Below are positions 1 to 9,229 of a stretch of 40,142 bases of DNA, one piece after another (positions within the stretch are counted from its first letter, which is position 1; each line of letters starts with the position of its first letter). The stretch is from a virus. Lineage: Duplodnaviria; Caudoviricetes. The position numbers and the translations under genes are program-made. The stretch is taken from IMG/VR virus record IMGVR_UViG_3300032237_000599, positions 1 to 40,142 of that record. One strand, 5' to 3'. Below the pieces are notes generated by a model. The model was not told the origin of the DNA and searched no databases. It was given only the letters and a program-made list of their open reading frames with translations.

Positions 1-1700
1 CAGTTTCAGAAGGAGCACTACTTACATTATCCGCACCAGATGGATATAAAATTGATCGTGTAGTATTTGCCTCATATGGAACACCAGTAAATTATACAAT
101 TGGAAAATGTCATGCAATAAATTCTTTACCTATTGTAGAGGCGGCTATTAAAAGTGAATCATTAACTATTTCAGCTACAAATGGTACCTTTGGAGATCCG
201 TGTCGTGGAACACCTAAGTCTTTATCAGTTATATTATCAATTCAAGAATTACAAATAGCTCCAGTTAACTCAACTCCAGAAATAATTACAATTGGTGCAC
301 CAAGAAATCTGTCCGTAATAGATGGCTCAACATCAACAATACTATCTTGGGATTCTCCAAATACTGGCACAAGACAACCAGAAAGATATGCAATTAGTTT
401 TAATTGTGACAAATGCAATGGTTGGGGTATTGCTACGGGTAATGCTGGAGATTCTAATGCTTTAAATACAAATATAACTATTAGTCATTCATTGCTTGAA
501 AGTTTAATGCCAAGCGGAACAGTATGGTCATTTAGCATTAGATCAGATAATGATACATTACATTTATACTCTGAGAATTCAAATGTAGTAACAATTAAAA
601 TAGGTAAAACTTCAAAAGAATTATCTGAAGAACAGGCTGTTATATTAGCAGAACAACAAAGATTAGCTGCGATTGCTGCAGCAGAAAAAGCAAGACTTGA
701 AGCGGAAGCTGCCGCAAAAATAGCAGCAGAGTTAGCAGCTAAAACAGAAGCAGATCGATTAGCTGCAATTGAAGCAGCAAAAATACAAGCAGAAAAAGAT
801 AAGTTAGCAGAAGAAGCTGCGGCATTAGCCGAACAACAAAGATTAGCAGCGGAAGCTGCTGCTAAGAAAGCAGAAGAAGATCGCATCGCTGCAGAGTTGG
901 CTGCTGCTAAAGCAGAAGAGGAAAGATTAGCAGCGGAAGCTGCTGCTAAGAAAGCAGAAGAAGCTAAATTAGCAGAAGAGGCTAAGCTAAAGTTTGAGGC
1001 GGAAGCAAAGGCAAAGGCAGAAGAAGATGCTAAACTTGAAGCAGAAAGAATTAAAGCGGAGCAAGAAAAATTAGCAGCTGAAAAAGCGGCAAAAGAAAAA
1101 GAAATAAAAGATTTAAAGGCTAAAGAAGATGCTCGTATAGCTGGAGAAAAAGCAATACAGGCAGAAAAAGACAAAGCTTTATCTGATGCACAAAAAGCAG
1201 CAGAATCTGGTAAAGAATTAAATAAAGAAGAAAAAATAGAAGTTGCAGCAATATTAATTGAAAAGGCATTTGAATCTGGTCAAGTAATTACTGCATCACA
1301 AATTCAATCTTCAGGAATTGAATATAAAGATTTACCACCAGAAACACCAGTTGAAGTTAGAACTTCAGAAAGTGGTGAAGCATTAGTTATTACTGCAGAA
1401 GTTGCAGCTAACGTAGCACTGGTAACAGATGCTGGAGCACTGCTAGACGCAGTATTTACAGACCCAGGAGCGGCACTACAAGCTCTTGGAAGCATTGGGG
1501 CAGATATGACTCCAGGAGAAAGAAAAGAGGCCACAGATATGGTCGTGGCAACAGTTGTGGCAGCAGGCGCAGCAATAAATGCTGTTGGAGCTGCAACAGG
1601 TTCCACTGGAGGATCTACATCAGGAAGAAGTTCTGGTGGCGGATCAGGTGGAGGAGGAGCCTCTGGCGAATCCAAGGGTGTAAGAAGGAGAAAGCCATGA
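1..1700 (+). CDS. 5'-partial surface/virion protein: SUEL (Gal/Rha-binding) lectin-like domain, FN3-like domain, Ala/Glu/Lys coiled coil, C-terminal hydrophobic segment
   Basis: The frame of ORF 492..1700 is open from nt 3 and reads FASYGTP..GKCHA..FGDPCRGTPKSLSV (SUEL signature), then APRNLSV..LSWDSP (FN3-like), then AAEAAAKKAEE repeats. Confidence 0.75.
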   Translation, partial: VSEGALLTLSAPDGYKIDRVVFASYGTPVNYTIGKCHAINSLPIVEAAIKSESLTISATNGTFGDPCRGTPKSLSVILSIQELQIAPVNSTPEIITIGAPRNLSVIDGSTSTILSWDSPNTGTRQPERYAISFNCDKCNGWGIATGNAGDSNALNTNITISHSLLESLMPSGTVWSFSIRSDNDTLHLYSENSNVVTIKIGKTSKELSEEQAVILAEQQRLAAIAAAEKARLEAEAAAKIAAELAAKTEADRLAAIEAAKIQAEKDKLAEEAAALAEQQRLAAEAAAKKAEEDRIAAELAAAKAEEERLAAEAAAKKAEEAKLAEEAKLKFEAEAKAKAEEDAKLEAERIKAEQEKLAAEKAAKEKEIKDLKAKEDARIAGEKAIQAEKDKALSDAQKAAESGKELNKEEKIEVAAILIEKAFESGQVITASQIQSSGIEYKDLPPETPVEVRTSESGEALVITAEVAANVALVTDAGALLDAVFTDPGAALQALGSIGADMTPGERKEATDMVVATVVAAGAAINAVGAATGSTGGSTSGRSSGGGSGGGGASGESKGVRRRKP

Positions 1701-1867
1701 TGAAAATAATGAAAGATATGATTGATCAATTATGGACACTCCTAGGTATGTTTATTGCCTGGGTTGTTCTAGATGGTTCAGCGAAAACAATAGTAGGATA
1801 TGCAATTATATGTACTTTAATTGCTTGGGCAATTACATATCCAATAAGAAATAGAGAAGAGGAATAA
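1697..1867 (+). CDS. small 2-TM membrane protein (56 aa)
   Basis: Manual translation MMKIMKDMIDQLWTLLGMFIAWVVLDGSAKTIVGYAIICTLIAWAITYPIRNREEE; ATGA overlap with upstream stop. Confidence 0.75.
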   Translation: MMKIMKDMIDQLWTLLGMFIAWVVLDGSAKTIVGYAIICTLIAWAITYPIRNREEE

Positions 1868-1868
1868 A

Positions 1869-2114
1869 ATGAAAAATTTAAATAATGTTTTAGCTAGAAT
1901 TGTTGCTGTATTTGCAGCCTCTGGCTTGTCAGTAATTGGTGCAGGTGCCGTTGTGGGAATTAGTACAGCAAAGGCAGTTGTTTTGGCTGGAACCCTAGGT
2001 GTAGCTACAGTAATTGAAAAACTTGCTCGTGGATTTTTGGATGATGGAAAACTTACAATGTCAGAAATTAATTTAGCATTTTCAGCAGTAGATAAAAAAG
2101 CTTCAAAATCTTAA
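1869..2114 (+). CDS. membrane protein, possibly holin-like
   Basis: Two hydrophobic segments, basic C-terminus, GAGGA RBS. Confidence 0.7.
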   Translation: MKNLNNVLARIVAVFAASGLSVIGAGAVVGISTAKAVVLAGTLGVATVIEKLARGFLDDGKLTMSEINLAFSAVDKKASKS

Positions 2115-2132
2115 AAATGGTATACTAGTATT

Positions 2133-2276
2133 ATGAACACTTACAGGGTAAAATTAGAAGTAGAGGCTGAAATACAAGCCTTTACTGAAGATGATGCCAT
2201 AGACTACATCAATGATATATTTGGTGTTGATGATGAAATTAAAAGTGTTAAATTAATTAATATAAAAGGGAAATAA
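2133..2276 (+). CDS. hypothetical protein (47 aa)
   Basis: MNTYRVKLEVEAEIQAFTEDDAIDYINDIFGV..., directly after an extended -10 (TGGTATACT). Confidence 0.65.
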   Translation: MNTYRVKLEVEAEIQAFTEDDAIDYINDIFGVDDEIKSVKLINIKGK

Positions 2277-2277
2277 G

Positions 2278-3027
2278 ATGGCAAAAGAGGGATACAAACC
2301 AACTTCAGGAATGCAGTCTGCTGCACGTAGAGCAATTAAATTAAAAGAAGATGGTAAGGCTAATGGTGCAGGAACTGCTGTAGGCTGGACTAGAGCTGGA
2401 CAATTGTCTAGAGGCGAAACATTAAGCCTATCTACAGTTAAACGTATGTATTCTTTTTTTTCTCGACATGAAGTAGATAAAAAAGGTAAAGATTGGGATA
2501 ATGCAGAAAGTCCATCAAATGGTAAGATTATGTGGCTTGCCTGGGGCGGGGACGCAGGATTTTCCTGGTCTCGTAAAATAGTTAATAGGGAGAAAAATAT
2601 GAAAAAATCACTAGAATTAAATGAGATCGTAGAAGAGATTAGAGACATGTTTGATGATGTAGTTAATCCAATTACTAAAACAATTACAGTTGAAGTTGAA
2701 GAAGATAATATGGCAGACGATACAGAAGACACTGCAGGGTGCGATTGTGCAGGTTGCATGGAATGTAAAGCAAACGGCGGATGCAATATGAAGAAGTGCC
2801 AAGGACATAATGGTATGAAAAAGGCACAAGAGCTTTCAGATGAAGAAATTTCAAAGAATTATGCCTCAGACAATGAAGAAGAAGATAAATGGGACAATAT
2901 TCAAAAAGCTTGCTGGACTGGGTATAAACAAGAAGGAATGAAAGAAAAGGGTGGCCGAATGGTGCCTAATTGTGTTCCTGTAGAAAAAGTACAAAAGTCT
3001 GTTTGGTCTGGTACATTCCTAAAATAA
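2278..3027 (+). CDS. hypothetical phage protein with Cys-rich insert and C-terminal ACWxGYxQxGMK..MVPNCVP motif
   Basis: ORF track; motif content. Confidence 0.8.
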   Translation: MAKEGYKPTSGMQSAARRAIKLKEDGKANGAGTAVGWTRAGQLSRGETLSLSTVKRMYSFFSRHEVDKKGKDWDNAESPSNGKIMWLAWGGDAGFSWSRKIVNREKNMKKSLELNEIVEEIRDMFDDVVNPITKTITVEVEEDNMADDTEDTAGCDCAGCMECKANGGCNMKKCQGHNGMKKAQELSDEEISKNYASDNEEEDKWDNIQKACWTGYKQEGMKEKGGRMVPNCVPVEKVQKSVWSGTFLK

Positions 3028-3030
3028 TCC

Positions 3031-3090
3031 TTGACACAGCCGTAGTTATTCCTGTATAATAATACTTGGGATGCTACGGTTTAGTGTTTA
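3031..3090 (+). promoter_or_regulatory. sigmaA-type promoter (TTGACA-18-TATAAT) inside an imperfect hairpin/terminator
   Basis: ttgaca cagccgtagttattcctg tataat; CCGTAG...CTACGG arms followed by TTTAGTGTTT. Confidence 0.7.
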
Positions 3091-3097
3091 GGAAATA

Positions 3098-3331
3098 ATG
3101 TTACATTTAAATCACCGTGGTGTAGAAATATTTATAAAAAAATATGGTAAAAATAATCAAGAGTCCTTCTGGGATAATTACAATCTTTTAATTTGGCATA
3201 AAGATCCAAACGGTTTTACAAGTAAAAGAGGTATGTTTAGAAAAAATTCCTGGGGTCAAGTTGATGTTATTCCAGTAAATAATGATGGCGTTTGGGCCTT
3301 ACCTAAAAAATATGTCAGATATTTTAAATAA
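3098..3331 (+). CDS. hypothetical protein
   Basis: ORF track, AGGA RBS. Confidence 0.75.
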   Translation: MLHLNHRGVEIFIKKYGKNNQESFWDNYNLLIWHKDPNGFTSKRGMFRKNSWGQVDVIPVNNDGVWALPKKYVRYFK

Positions 3332-3626
3332 TTTAGGCGTAGATAGAGACGATTTAAGTTGGTGGAACCTAGCTTTGTGTCAAAATATGGATGTAAATTT
3401 ATTTTTTGATAAATATGAAGCAGATTCAGAGATAGCCAAAAATATTGACGAGGCTTGCATTTCTTGTCCAGTAAATAAAATTTGTTATGAAACTGGCGTA
3501 GATAAAAATGAATATGGAGTATGGGGTGGAATTTATTTAAATTCTGGCTCTGTAGATAAAACAAGAAATGGGCATAAGTCTCCAGAAACTTGGAAAAAGC
3601 TGAAAGGTAAATATGGCATCAAGTAG
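3312..3626 (+). CDS. whiB: WhiB family Fe-S transcription factor
   Basis: ALC...CISCPVNKIC...EYGVWGG: four Cys plus the G(V/I)WGG turn. Confidence 0.92.
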   Translation: MSDILNNLGVDRDDLSWWNLALCQNMDVNLFFDKYEADSEIAKNIDEACISCPVNKICYETGVDKNEYGVWGGIYLNSGSVDKTRNGHKSPETWKKLKGKYGIK

Positions 3627-3930
3627 TTTTAAGGATGATGGACATTTCAAGCATGGTATGAATTTATGGACTGGTGAACCAAATAAACCAGTTTTTTATA
3701 CTAAAGAGATGGCTCAAAAGATTAGAGATATCAAATGTCCAGTAGGAGATCTTCAAATGAACATTGTTCAGTACCCTGAATTCTTAACCATTAGGTTGTA
3801 TGAAGATAATTTTCTTAAATATGATGGATCAATTAAATTAAGAGTTATTGATTATATTGAAATGGTTAAAAAACTCATAGAATCCTATGGAGTTAGATGT
3901 GAACTAGAAGGGGTCCCCGCCAAAAAATGA
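3613..3930 (+). CDS. hypothetical protein
   Basis: ORF track, overlapping operon arrangement. Confidence 0.75.
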   Translation: MASSSFKDDGHFKHGMNLWTGEPNKPVFYTKEMAQKIRDIKCPVGDLQMNIVQYPEFLTIRLYEDNFLKYDGSIKLRVIDYIEMVKKLIESYGVRCELEGVPAKK

Positions 3931-4121
3931 AAGAATGGTATGAGGTAATAAGTATTGTTTGGATACCAGAATTACAAATATACGGATCTGTTGAAAACTT
4001 AGGTGTTTATGGATCTATTGTTAAGTACCAAAAAGATGGCATAGAAGTAGAAGAACTTCTAGATAATGAAGATTTTACCGTTATGGATGAAATTGTTTTT
4101 ACAAGAGTTGAGGATAATTAA
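3927..4121 (+). CDS. hypothetical protein
   Basis: ATGA overlap. Confidence 0.7.
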   Translation: MKEWYEVISIVWIPELQIYGSVENLGVYGSIVKYQKDGIEVEELLDNEDFTVMDEIVFTRVEDN

Positions 4122-4357
4122 TGGAAAAGATATTGTGCTATTCATGCAATAAAACTAAGAATAAATTAAATATGAAGAAATCAAGTTTAATGCCTATTAA
4201 TTTGCTTATGTGTGAAACATGCATAAATGCAAAACTTGAACCAAGATGGGTAGTAATTTTAGCTGGAAGACAAAATAGCATGGAACATGTTCGTGATTTT
4301 GTTTTAAAGCGTAGATATTTGGGCAATGAAATTACAGCATCAGAATTGATTATTTAA
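4121..4357 (+). CDS. hypothetical zinc-binding protein
   Basis: CxxC...CxxC; TAATG overlap. Confidence 0.75.
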   Translation: MEKILCYSCNKTKNKLNMKKSSLMPINLLMCETCINAKLEPRWVVILAGRQNSMEHVRDFVLKRRYLGNEITASELII

Positions 4358-4385
4358 ACATATATTGCTGTATAATTAACCTATA

Positions 4386-4685
4386 ATGGATCTAATTTCT
4401 AGCTTGGGACTTGCCTTGGCCGCTTCAATTTTAAGCGGTTTTGGCACAGCCATAATTGCTGGAATAAGCGATAATAAAAAAGAACGAAATAGGCAAGCTG
4501 AACGTGAACAAGATCATCTTAAATTAGAATTAAAAGATCTTAAAATTCAATTATATCAACTTGAGCGTGACCTTATAGAATGGAAAGATAAATACTATCA
4601 GGCTATTACTGAATTAATTGAGGTCAAAGCTGAGCTTGAAGAAACATTAATTAAGTTAACACACGCTGAAATACACGAAGAATAG
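4386..4685 (+). CDS. N-terminal TM plus coiled-coil protein
   Basis: Hydrophobic N-terminus, heptad-rich C-terminus; TATAAT just upstream. Confidence 0.75.
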   Translation: MDLISSLGLALAASILSGFGTAIIAGISDNKKERNRQAEREQDHLKLELKDLKIQLYQLERDLIEWKDKYYQAITELIEVKAELEETLIKLTHAEIHEE

Positions 4686-4717
4686 CCTTTCGAATTTAAA
4701 AATAGTATACTATAGTT

Positions 4718-5275
4718 ATGACTTGTATAGTAGCTATTGCTCAAAATGGTATTGTTTATATGGGCTCCGACCATGCCGCATCCGATGAAAAAAGTGGTTG
4801 GATTATTTCTAGAAAAGAACCTAAATGTTTTAAGGTGGGACAGTATGGTGTTGCTTTTACTGATTCATTTAGAATGGGTCAGATCCTACAGTATTCTTGG
4901 AAACCACCAATTTACACTCCAACAAAAACAAACTCAGGACTTGATAAATTTATGAGAACTAAATTTATAGATTCAGTTAAAGATGCATTTAGGGCTGAAG
5001 GATTTGGAAGCGTATCACAAGCTGGACAGGAAGATGAAGGTGGAATATTTATAGTTGGACTTCAGGGTAGAATCTTTACTATAGATGAAGACTTTCATGT
5101 TGGAGAGAATGTAGTTAATTATATGGCAGAAGGATCTGGTGGGATGTTTGCCCTAGGCGCCTTGCATGCTACAAAAAATCAAAAGAATCCTAGACTTAGA
5201 ATAAAAGCAGCTCTTGAAGCGGCATCAGAATTTTCAATGAGTGTGGCACCACCCTTTACATACATTCAGGTATAG
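4718..5275 (+). CDS. HslV/proteasome-beta-like Ntn peptidase
   Basis: N-terminal MTCIVAI (Thr nucleophile), GSD, GSGG..ALGAL. Confidence 0.8.
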   Translation: MTCIVAIAQNGIVYMGSDHAASDEKSGWIISRKEPKCFKVGQYGVAFTDSFRMGQILQYSWKPPIYTPTKTNSGLDKFMRTKFIDSVKDAFRAEGFGSVSQAGQEDEGGIFIVGLQGRIFTIDEDFHVGENVVNYMAEGSGGMFALGALHATKNQKNPRLRIKAALEAASEFSMSVAPPFTYIQV

Positions 5276-5289
5276 AGTATAATACATAT

Positions 5290-5499
5290 ATGGATAAAAA
5301 CATGAGGCCTAACAATTATGATATGGCTATGGATCTTCGTGGAGTTCCAACTCATGTATGTCCCTGCGGATGTTATATTTGGAATGTTATGGTTACATTT
5401 GAAGATTATGAAATCGCACAATATTTTTTAGATATGGAATGTGCAAACTGTGGTAGTATTGCAACAGCACCAACACCAATAGATAGAGAAGGTACATGA
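5290..5499 (+). CDS. small zinc-ribbon protein
   Basis: CPCG...CANCG. Confidence 0.75.
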   Translation: MDKNMRPNNYDMAMDLRGVPTHVCPCGCYIWNVMVTFEDYEIAQYFLDMECANCGSIATAPTPIDREGT

Positions 5500-5666
5500 G
5501 AAAATCAGAAAGACTTAGAATACTTGAGTTAGAAATGGTGAGATTGGTTATGATGGTAGAGCTTCTACAGTCAACTTTAGAAAATTTTTTAGACATAGAA
5601 GAAGACAAACAATCTAATTTAGATTCTGGCAAATGGTATAACAGAAAGATGGGTAATAATGAGTAA
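5496..5666 (+). CDS. hypothetical protein (56 aa)
   Basis: Manual translation MRKSERLRILELEMVRLVMMVELLQSTLE...; overlaps both neighbours. Confidence 0.65.
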   Translation: MRKSERLRILELEMVRLVMMVELLQSTLENFLDIEEDKQSNLDSGKWYNRKMGNNE

Positions 5667-5868
5667 TCAACAAACAGTTTTAGAAGGCATAATTGAAGAT
5701 GTTGCCATGGATTTATACAATAAGTGGTCTGCAGCACTGCCAGAAGAAGAAAGAAATGATGTAGCGTTTCAGGCTATGTCTAAAAATGCACATGAAACAA
5801 CCTTGTTTGTTATTCAGAATTTTATGAATAAGTTTAATTCAGCAGCAGAAGCTTTAAAAGATCAATAG
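5659..5868 (+). CDS. hypothetical protein
   Basis: ORF track. Confidence 0.7.
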   Translation: MSNQQTVLEGIIEDVAMDLYNKWSAALPEEERNDVAFQAMSKNAHETTLFVIQNFMNKFNSAAEALKDQ

Positions 5869-5910
5869 TAGGTATTGACCTTACCCTTTTTATTTAGTAG
5901 AATAGGTATT

Positions 5911-6381
5911 ATGCAAACATTTTTACCAGAGGCGGATTTTGATCAAGTTGCCGAGCATCTTGATAGGAAAAGATTAATTAAACAAAGTGTTGAAAACTTA
6001 CAAATACTAAAGTCATTAGCTGGCATGTATGGAGAAACTGGCGCATGGCGCAATCATCCAGCAGTTAAAATGTGGCGGGGACATGAAGATTGGTTGTTTC
6101 TGTACAATGAATCCATCATTAAGGATATTATCCTTCGTGGGTATAAAAATACTACACACATCCAATTTGATGAGATATATCAAGAAAACTTCCTGGGGAT
6201 GGAGTCTGAAAAACCGTGGTGGCTTGGAAATAAAAAGCTCCACTATACTCATAAAGGAAGATTGTTTGAAAAGGATCCTGATCACTACTACTTCTATAGT
6301 GATTTTGCAGATTATAAAGAATCAGGCTATACATGTTGTGAGAAATGCAACTACTATTGGCCTACTCATGTGGAGGCATAA
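5911..6381 (+). CDS. pyrimidine-dimer DNA glycosylase-like protein (MSMEG_6728 family)
   Basis: MQTFLP..LDRKRLIKQSVENLQIL..WRNHPAVKMWRG; TTGACC-17-TAGAAT immediately upstream. Confidence 0.85.
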   Translation: MQTFLPEADFDQVAEHLDRKRLIKQSVENLQILKSLAGMYGETGAWRNHPAVKMWRGHEDWLFLYNESIIKDIILRGYKNTTHIQFDEIYQENFLGMESEKPWWLGNKKLHYTHKGRLFEKDPDHYYFYSDFADYKESGYTCCEKCNYYWPTHVEA

Positions 6382-6683
6382 TGATAGTAACAGATAGCAA
6401 TTTTGATGAAGTAATTAAAGAAAACCAAATAGTTCTTATAGATTTTTGGGCTGATTGGTGTGCACCATGTAAACAGATATCACCTATTCTAGATGAAATT
6501 TCAAATGAAACTGGTTTAGTTGTAGGAAAAATAAATATTGATGAAAATTTAATTAAGCCAAAAGATTTTTCAATTTCTTCTATACCATGTATGGTTTTAT
6601 TTGAAAATGGTGTTCCAGTAAAAACTATAATTGGAGCAAAGCCAAAGCATGCATTGATGAAAGATTTAGATTCATGGATCTAG
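6381..6683 (+). CDS. trxA: thioredoxin
   Basis: DFWADWCAPCK active site, SIP motif. Confidence 0.93.
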   Translation: MIVTDSNFDEVIKENQIVLIDFWADWCAPCKQISPILDEISNETGLVVGKINIDENLIKPKDFSISSIPCMVLFENGVPVKTIIGAKPKHALMKDLDSWI

Positions 6684-6844
6684 ATTTTGAATCTTGGCTT
6701 TTAGTTGGACATGAAAAAGGTTGGATATCAGATGTATTTTGCAATACACATGATGGGCCACCAATGTCAGACGAAGAAATGCAAGAATGGGATGAAGGCG
6801 GAGATCCGTGTTCATTTCAAGTTCGTTTAAACGAATTAAATTAG
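6674..6844 (+). CDS. hypothetical acidic protein (56 aa)
   Basis: Manual translation MDLDFESWLLVGHEKGWISDVFCNTHDGPPMSDEEMQEWDEGGDPCSFQVRLNELN. Confidence 0.7.
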   Translation: MDLDFESWLLVGHEKGWISDVFCNTHDGPPMSDEEMQEWDEGGDPCSFQVRLNELN

Positions 6845-6892
6845 AATTCTGTGCTCAATTTGAGGCAGATTGAAATAAGGAGAATAAATTAA

Positions 6893-8068
6893 ATGAAGTC
6901 ATTTAAAAAGGTAATTTTAGTCACCGCTGCAGCAGTGGCTAGTACAATGCTTTTTGCAACATCATCAAGCGCAGCGCCGCTTGTTGTTACGGTTGCAGGA
7001 ACATTAAATTCAACAACAACTGCAGCGCCACAAACTGTAGCAGTCCCATCATCAAATGTTATTGATGCTGGACGTTCAGTAGCTATTGTAGCAACAGCAG
7101 ATGCAGGAACAAGTGTTTCTTTTGCTGCATCATCAACAGTTAAACTGGTATCTGCACTTAATACTGTAGATGCTCCAAAAACAGTGACATCTGGAATTTC
7201 AGGATATACCGTAACATCTACTGGTACAACAATTACCGTGTATGCTTATACAACAACCACATCAGTTGGTTCTGTAACTGTTACAAATGGTTCATACTCA
7301 ACAATTGTATACATTGCTGGTTTAGCAGGTCCTGCATACAACCTAGCATTGTCTGTTCCTTCTGCAACAGCAGTGGGTACTATTCCAACTATTTCTTTGC
7401 TTACAACAGATGCTTTTAATAACCCAGTATCAGATGGAGCAACGGTAACATTAATTGGTTCAACATTTACTGGAGGTGCAGTTTCTTCATTGTTAACTAC
7501 ATCAACAGTAACTAATCCTAATATAGGTGCAGTTCTTGGAACTGCTACAGCATCACTTTCAACAGCAATTGCTGGTGAAGTTACAGTAGTTGCAACAGGT
7601 CTTGCAGCAACCAATGCAGTTACAGGTTTTAATGCTCCAATTAAATCTGTTATTGCTAAGTTTTCAGTATCTGATCTTTCAGCAACTATTGCTGGATTAA
7701 AGACTGAGTTGTCTGCAGAAAAAGCAGCACATGATGCTACTAAGGCTGCAAATGCTAAGGCGCTATCAGATGCTAAAGCAGCAGCAGATGCAGCAACTGT
7801 AATTGCTAAGGTAGCATCGGATAAGTCTCTAGCAGACGCTAAGGCAGCATCGGATAAGATCTTGGCCGATGTTAAGGCTGCATCAGATAAAGCAGCAGCA
7901 GATGCAAAGGCGGCTTCAGATAAGGCACTTGCAGATAAGGATGCACAAATTGTTAAGCTAACTGCAGATAACACTGCTGCTCTTGCTTCAATGAAGAAGG
8001 CATTCAACTCGCTTGCTACTAAGTGGAACAAGGCTAATCCAAAAGCCAAGGTAACACTGGTAAAGTAG
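6893..8068 (+). CDS. secreted Thr/Ala-rich surface protein with C-terminal ASDKALADAKA coiled-coil repeats
   Basis: Signal peptide MKSFKKVILVTAAAVAS..SSA, strong AAGGAG RBS, ~11-aa repeats. Confidence 0.8.
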   Translation: MKSFKKVILVTAAAVASTMLFATSSSAAPLVVTVAGTLNSTTTAAPQTVAVPSSNVIDAGRSVAIVATADAGTSVSFAASSTVKLVSALNTVDAPKTVTSGISGYTVTSTGTTITVYAYTTTTSVGSVTVTNGSYSTIVYIAGLAGPAYNLALSVPSATAVGTIPTISLLTTDAFNNPVSDGATVTLIGSTFTGGAVSSLLTTSTVTNPNIGAVLGTATASLSTAIAGEVTVVATGLAATNAVTGFNAPIKSVIAKFSVSDLSATIAGLKTELSAEKAAHDATKAANAKALSDAKAAADAATVIAKVASDKSLADAKAASDKILADVKAASDKAAADAKAASDKALADKDAQIVKLTADNTAALASMKKAFNSLATKWNKANPKAKVTLVK

Positions 8069-8076
8069 TCTATTGA

Positions 8077-8103
8077 TGTGGGGCAGGGCAACCTGCCCCA
8101 CAC
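8077..8103 (+). terminator. GC-rich hairpin after surface protein gene
   Basis: GTGGGGCAGG gcaa CCTGCCCCAC. Confidence 0.7.
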
Positions 8104-8116
8104 TATGGAGATAATT

Positions 8117-8260
8117 ATGGGAAAACATCACGATAAAATTAAAAAGGCATTGGAACAAAGAATTGCCTCAACTCCAAATAGTCCAGCATATAAAAAGCCA
8201 GGATCTATGAATAAGAAAAAAACTGGCTATAGAGGTCAAAAAGCTAAGGGATCTAGGTGA
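8117..8260 (+). CDS. small basic protein
   Basis: GGAG RBS, MGKHHDKIKKALEQR...KKPGSMNKKK. Confidence 0.7.
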   Translation: MGKHHDKIKKALEQRIASTPNSPAYKKPGSMNKKKTGYRGQKAKGSR

Positions 8261-8376
8261 ATAAAGAAATTTGTGAAATGCAGGAATGCAATAAACCTGC
8301 AACTAGATTAACAACAACAGAAAGCAAGTATATTCAAATATGCGAAGACTGTTGGCACGATAAGTATAGAAAATGA
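8257..8376 (+). CDS. small Cys-containing protein (39 aa)
   Basis: GTGA overlap; CEMQEC...CEDC. Confidence 0.6.
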   Translation: MNKEICEMQECNKPATRLTTTESKYIQICEDCWHDKYRK

Positions 8377-8438
8377 TATAATAGTAAGATAGGTGGACTT
8401 CTAGACCCATCTAAATATAACCCTATAGGAGTAATAAA

Positions 8439-8639
8439 ATGACAGACGGTATTAATTTAACAGGTTTTAATGAGACTAAAGGATACGAGGCATCACCTTG
8501 GCCAACAGAATCATATACAGAAGCACCAGCAGCAGCATTTCCAGCTAAGGATATGTCTGCACAGGGCAACGCAGGACTTGGACAAGAAGGTTCTTCAGGA
8601 TCTCTTCCAATTTCTGGCGCAGACGAATCGGATATGTAA
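8439..8639 (+). CDS. small acidic low-complexity peptide A
   Basis: AGGAG RBS; contains YTEAPAAAFPAKDMSAQG. Confidence 0.75.
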   Translation: MTDGINLTGFNETKGYEASPWPTESYTEAPAAAFPAKDMSAQGNAGLGQEGSSGSLPISGADESDM

Positions 8640-8641
8640 TC

Positions 8642-8794
8642 ATGGCTATAAATAATGTGCCACAGGTTGCCTATACAGAGCAACCATCAGCAGCTTTTCC
8701 ATCAACTGATATGTCCAATCAAGGACCATCTGGAACAACTGCAACAATGGTTAATTCTATTGAATCCATGAGAAACTTTGGGGCAGGTAAATAA
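8642..8794 (+). CDS. small peptide B, paralogue of peptide A (50 aa)
   Basis: Manual translation MAINNVPQVAYTEQPSAAFPSTDMSNQGPSGTTATMVNSIESMRNFGAGK. Confidence 0.75.
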   Translation: MAINNVPQVAYTEQPSAAFPSTDMSNQGPSGTTATMVNSIESMRNFGAGK

Positions 8795-8795
8795 T

Positions 8796-8945
8796 ATGTG
8801 CGCTATGTGTGGATGTGGAAAATCAGAATTCATGGGCGAATCAATGCCTATGCCATCTGTTGATAATGCAGGACGTGAGCAGGTAATTAGAACTGGCGAC
8901 ATGTTCGGTACAGATTCAATGGATCAAACAGCAGGTAAGGAATAA
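8796..8945 (+). CDS. small peptide starting MCAMCGC (49 aa)
   Basis: Manual translation; tightly packed in operon. Confidence 0.65.
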   Translation: MCAMCGCGKSEFMGESMPMPSVDNAGREQVIRTGDMFGTDSMDQTAGKE

Positions 8946-8948
8946 ATT

Positions 8949-9167
8949 TTGACAGATAATGGTACAGGTATGGATGCCCCAGCAAACAGCAATGCAGCAG
9001 GAGCAGTTACCTCACAAGAAGCAACAAGAAAAAAACCTTATCAGGGCAAGTTTAAGTCTGGTATAAATAATCAAAGAACAGCAACAAAAATTGATACCAA
9101 CAAGCATGGTATTAGAAGAGAAACAACTGTTCCGCCAAAAAAGACTGGAAAGCCCAAAAAGGTATAA
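8949..9167 (+). CDS. small basic low-complexity protein
   Basis: TTG start after AAGGA; followed by hairpin TGTGGCCTCA..TGAGGCTACA. Confidence 0.7.
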   Translation: MTDNGTGMDAPANSNAAGAVTSQEATRKKPYQGKFKSGINNQRTATKIDTNKHGIRRETTVPPKKTGKPKKV

Positions 9168-9229
9168 TTAAATAATAAAATGTGGCCTCATTCATTTTTG
9201 TTTGAGGCTACATTTATTTAAGGGGATTT

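Noticed and set aside
485-1729. - strand ORFs 485..1174 and 1304..1729 (also 7246..8103 and 33541..34296)
   Set aside because: Antisense shadows of low-complexity + strand genes
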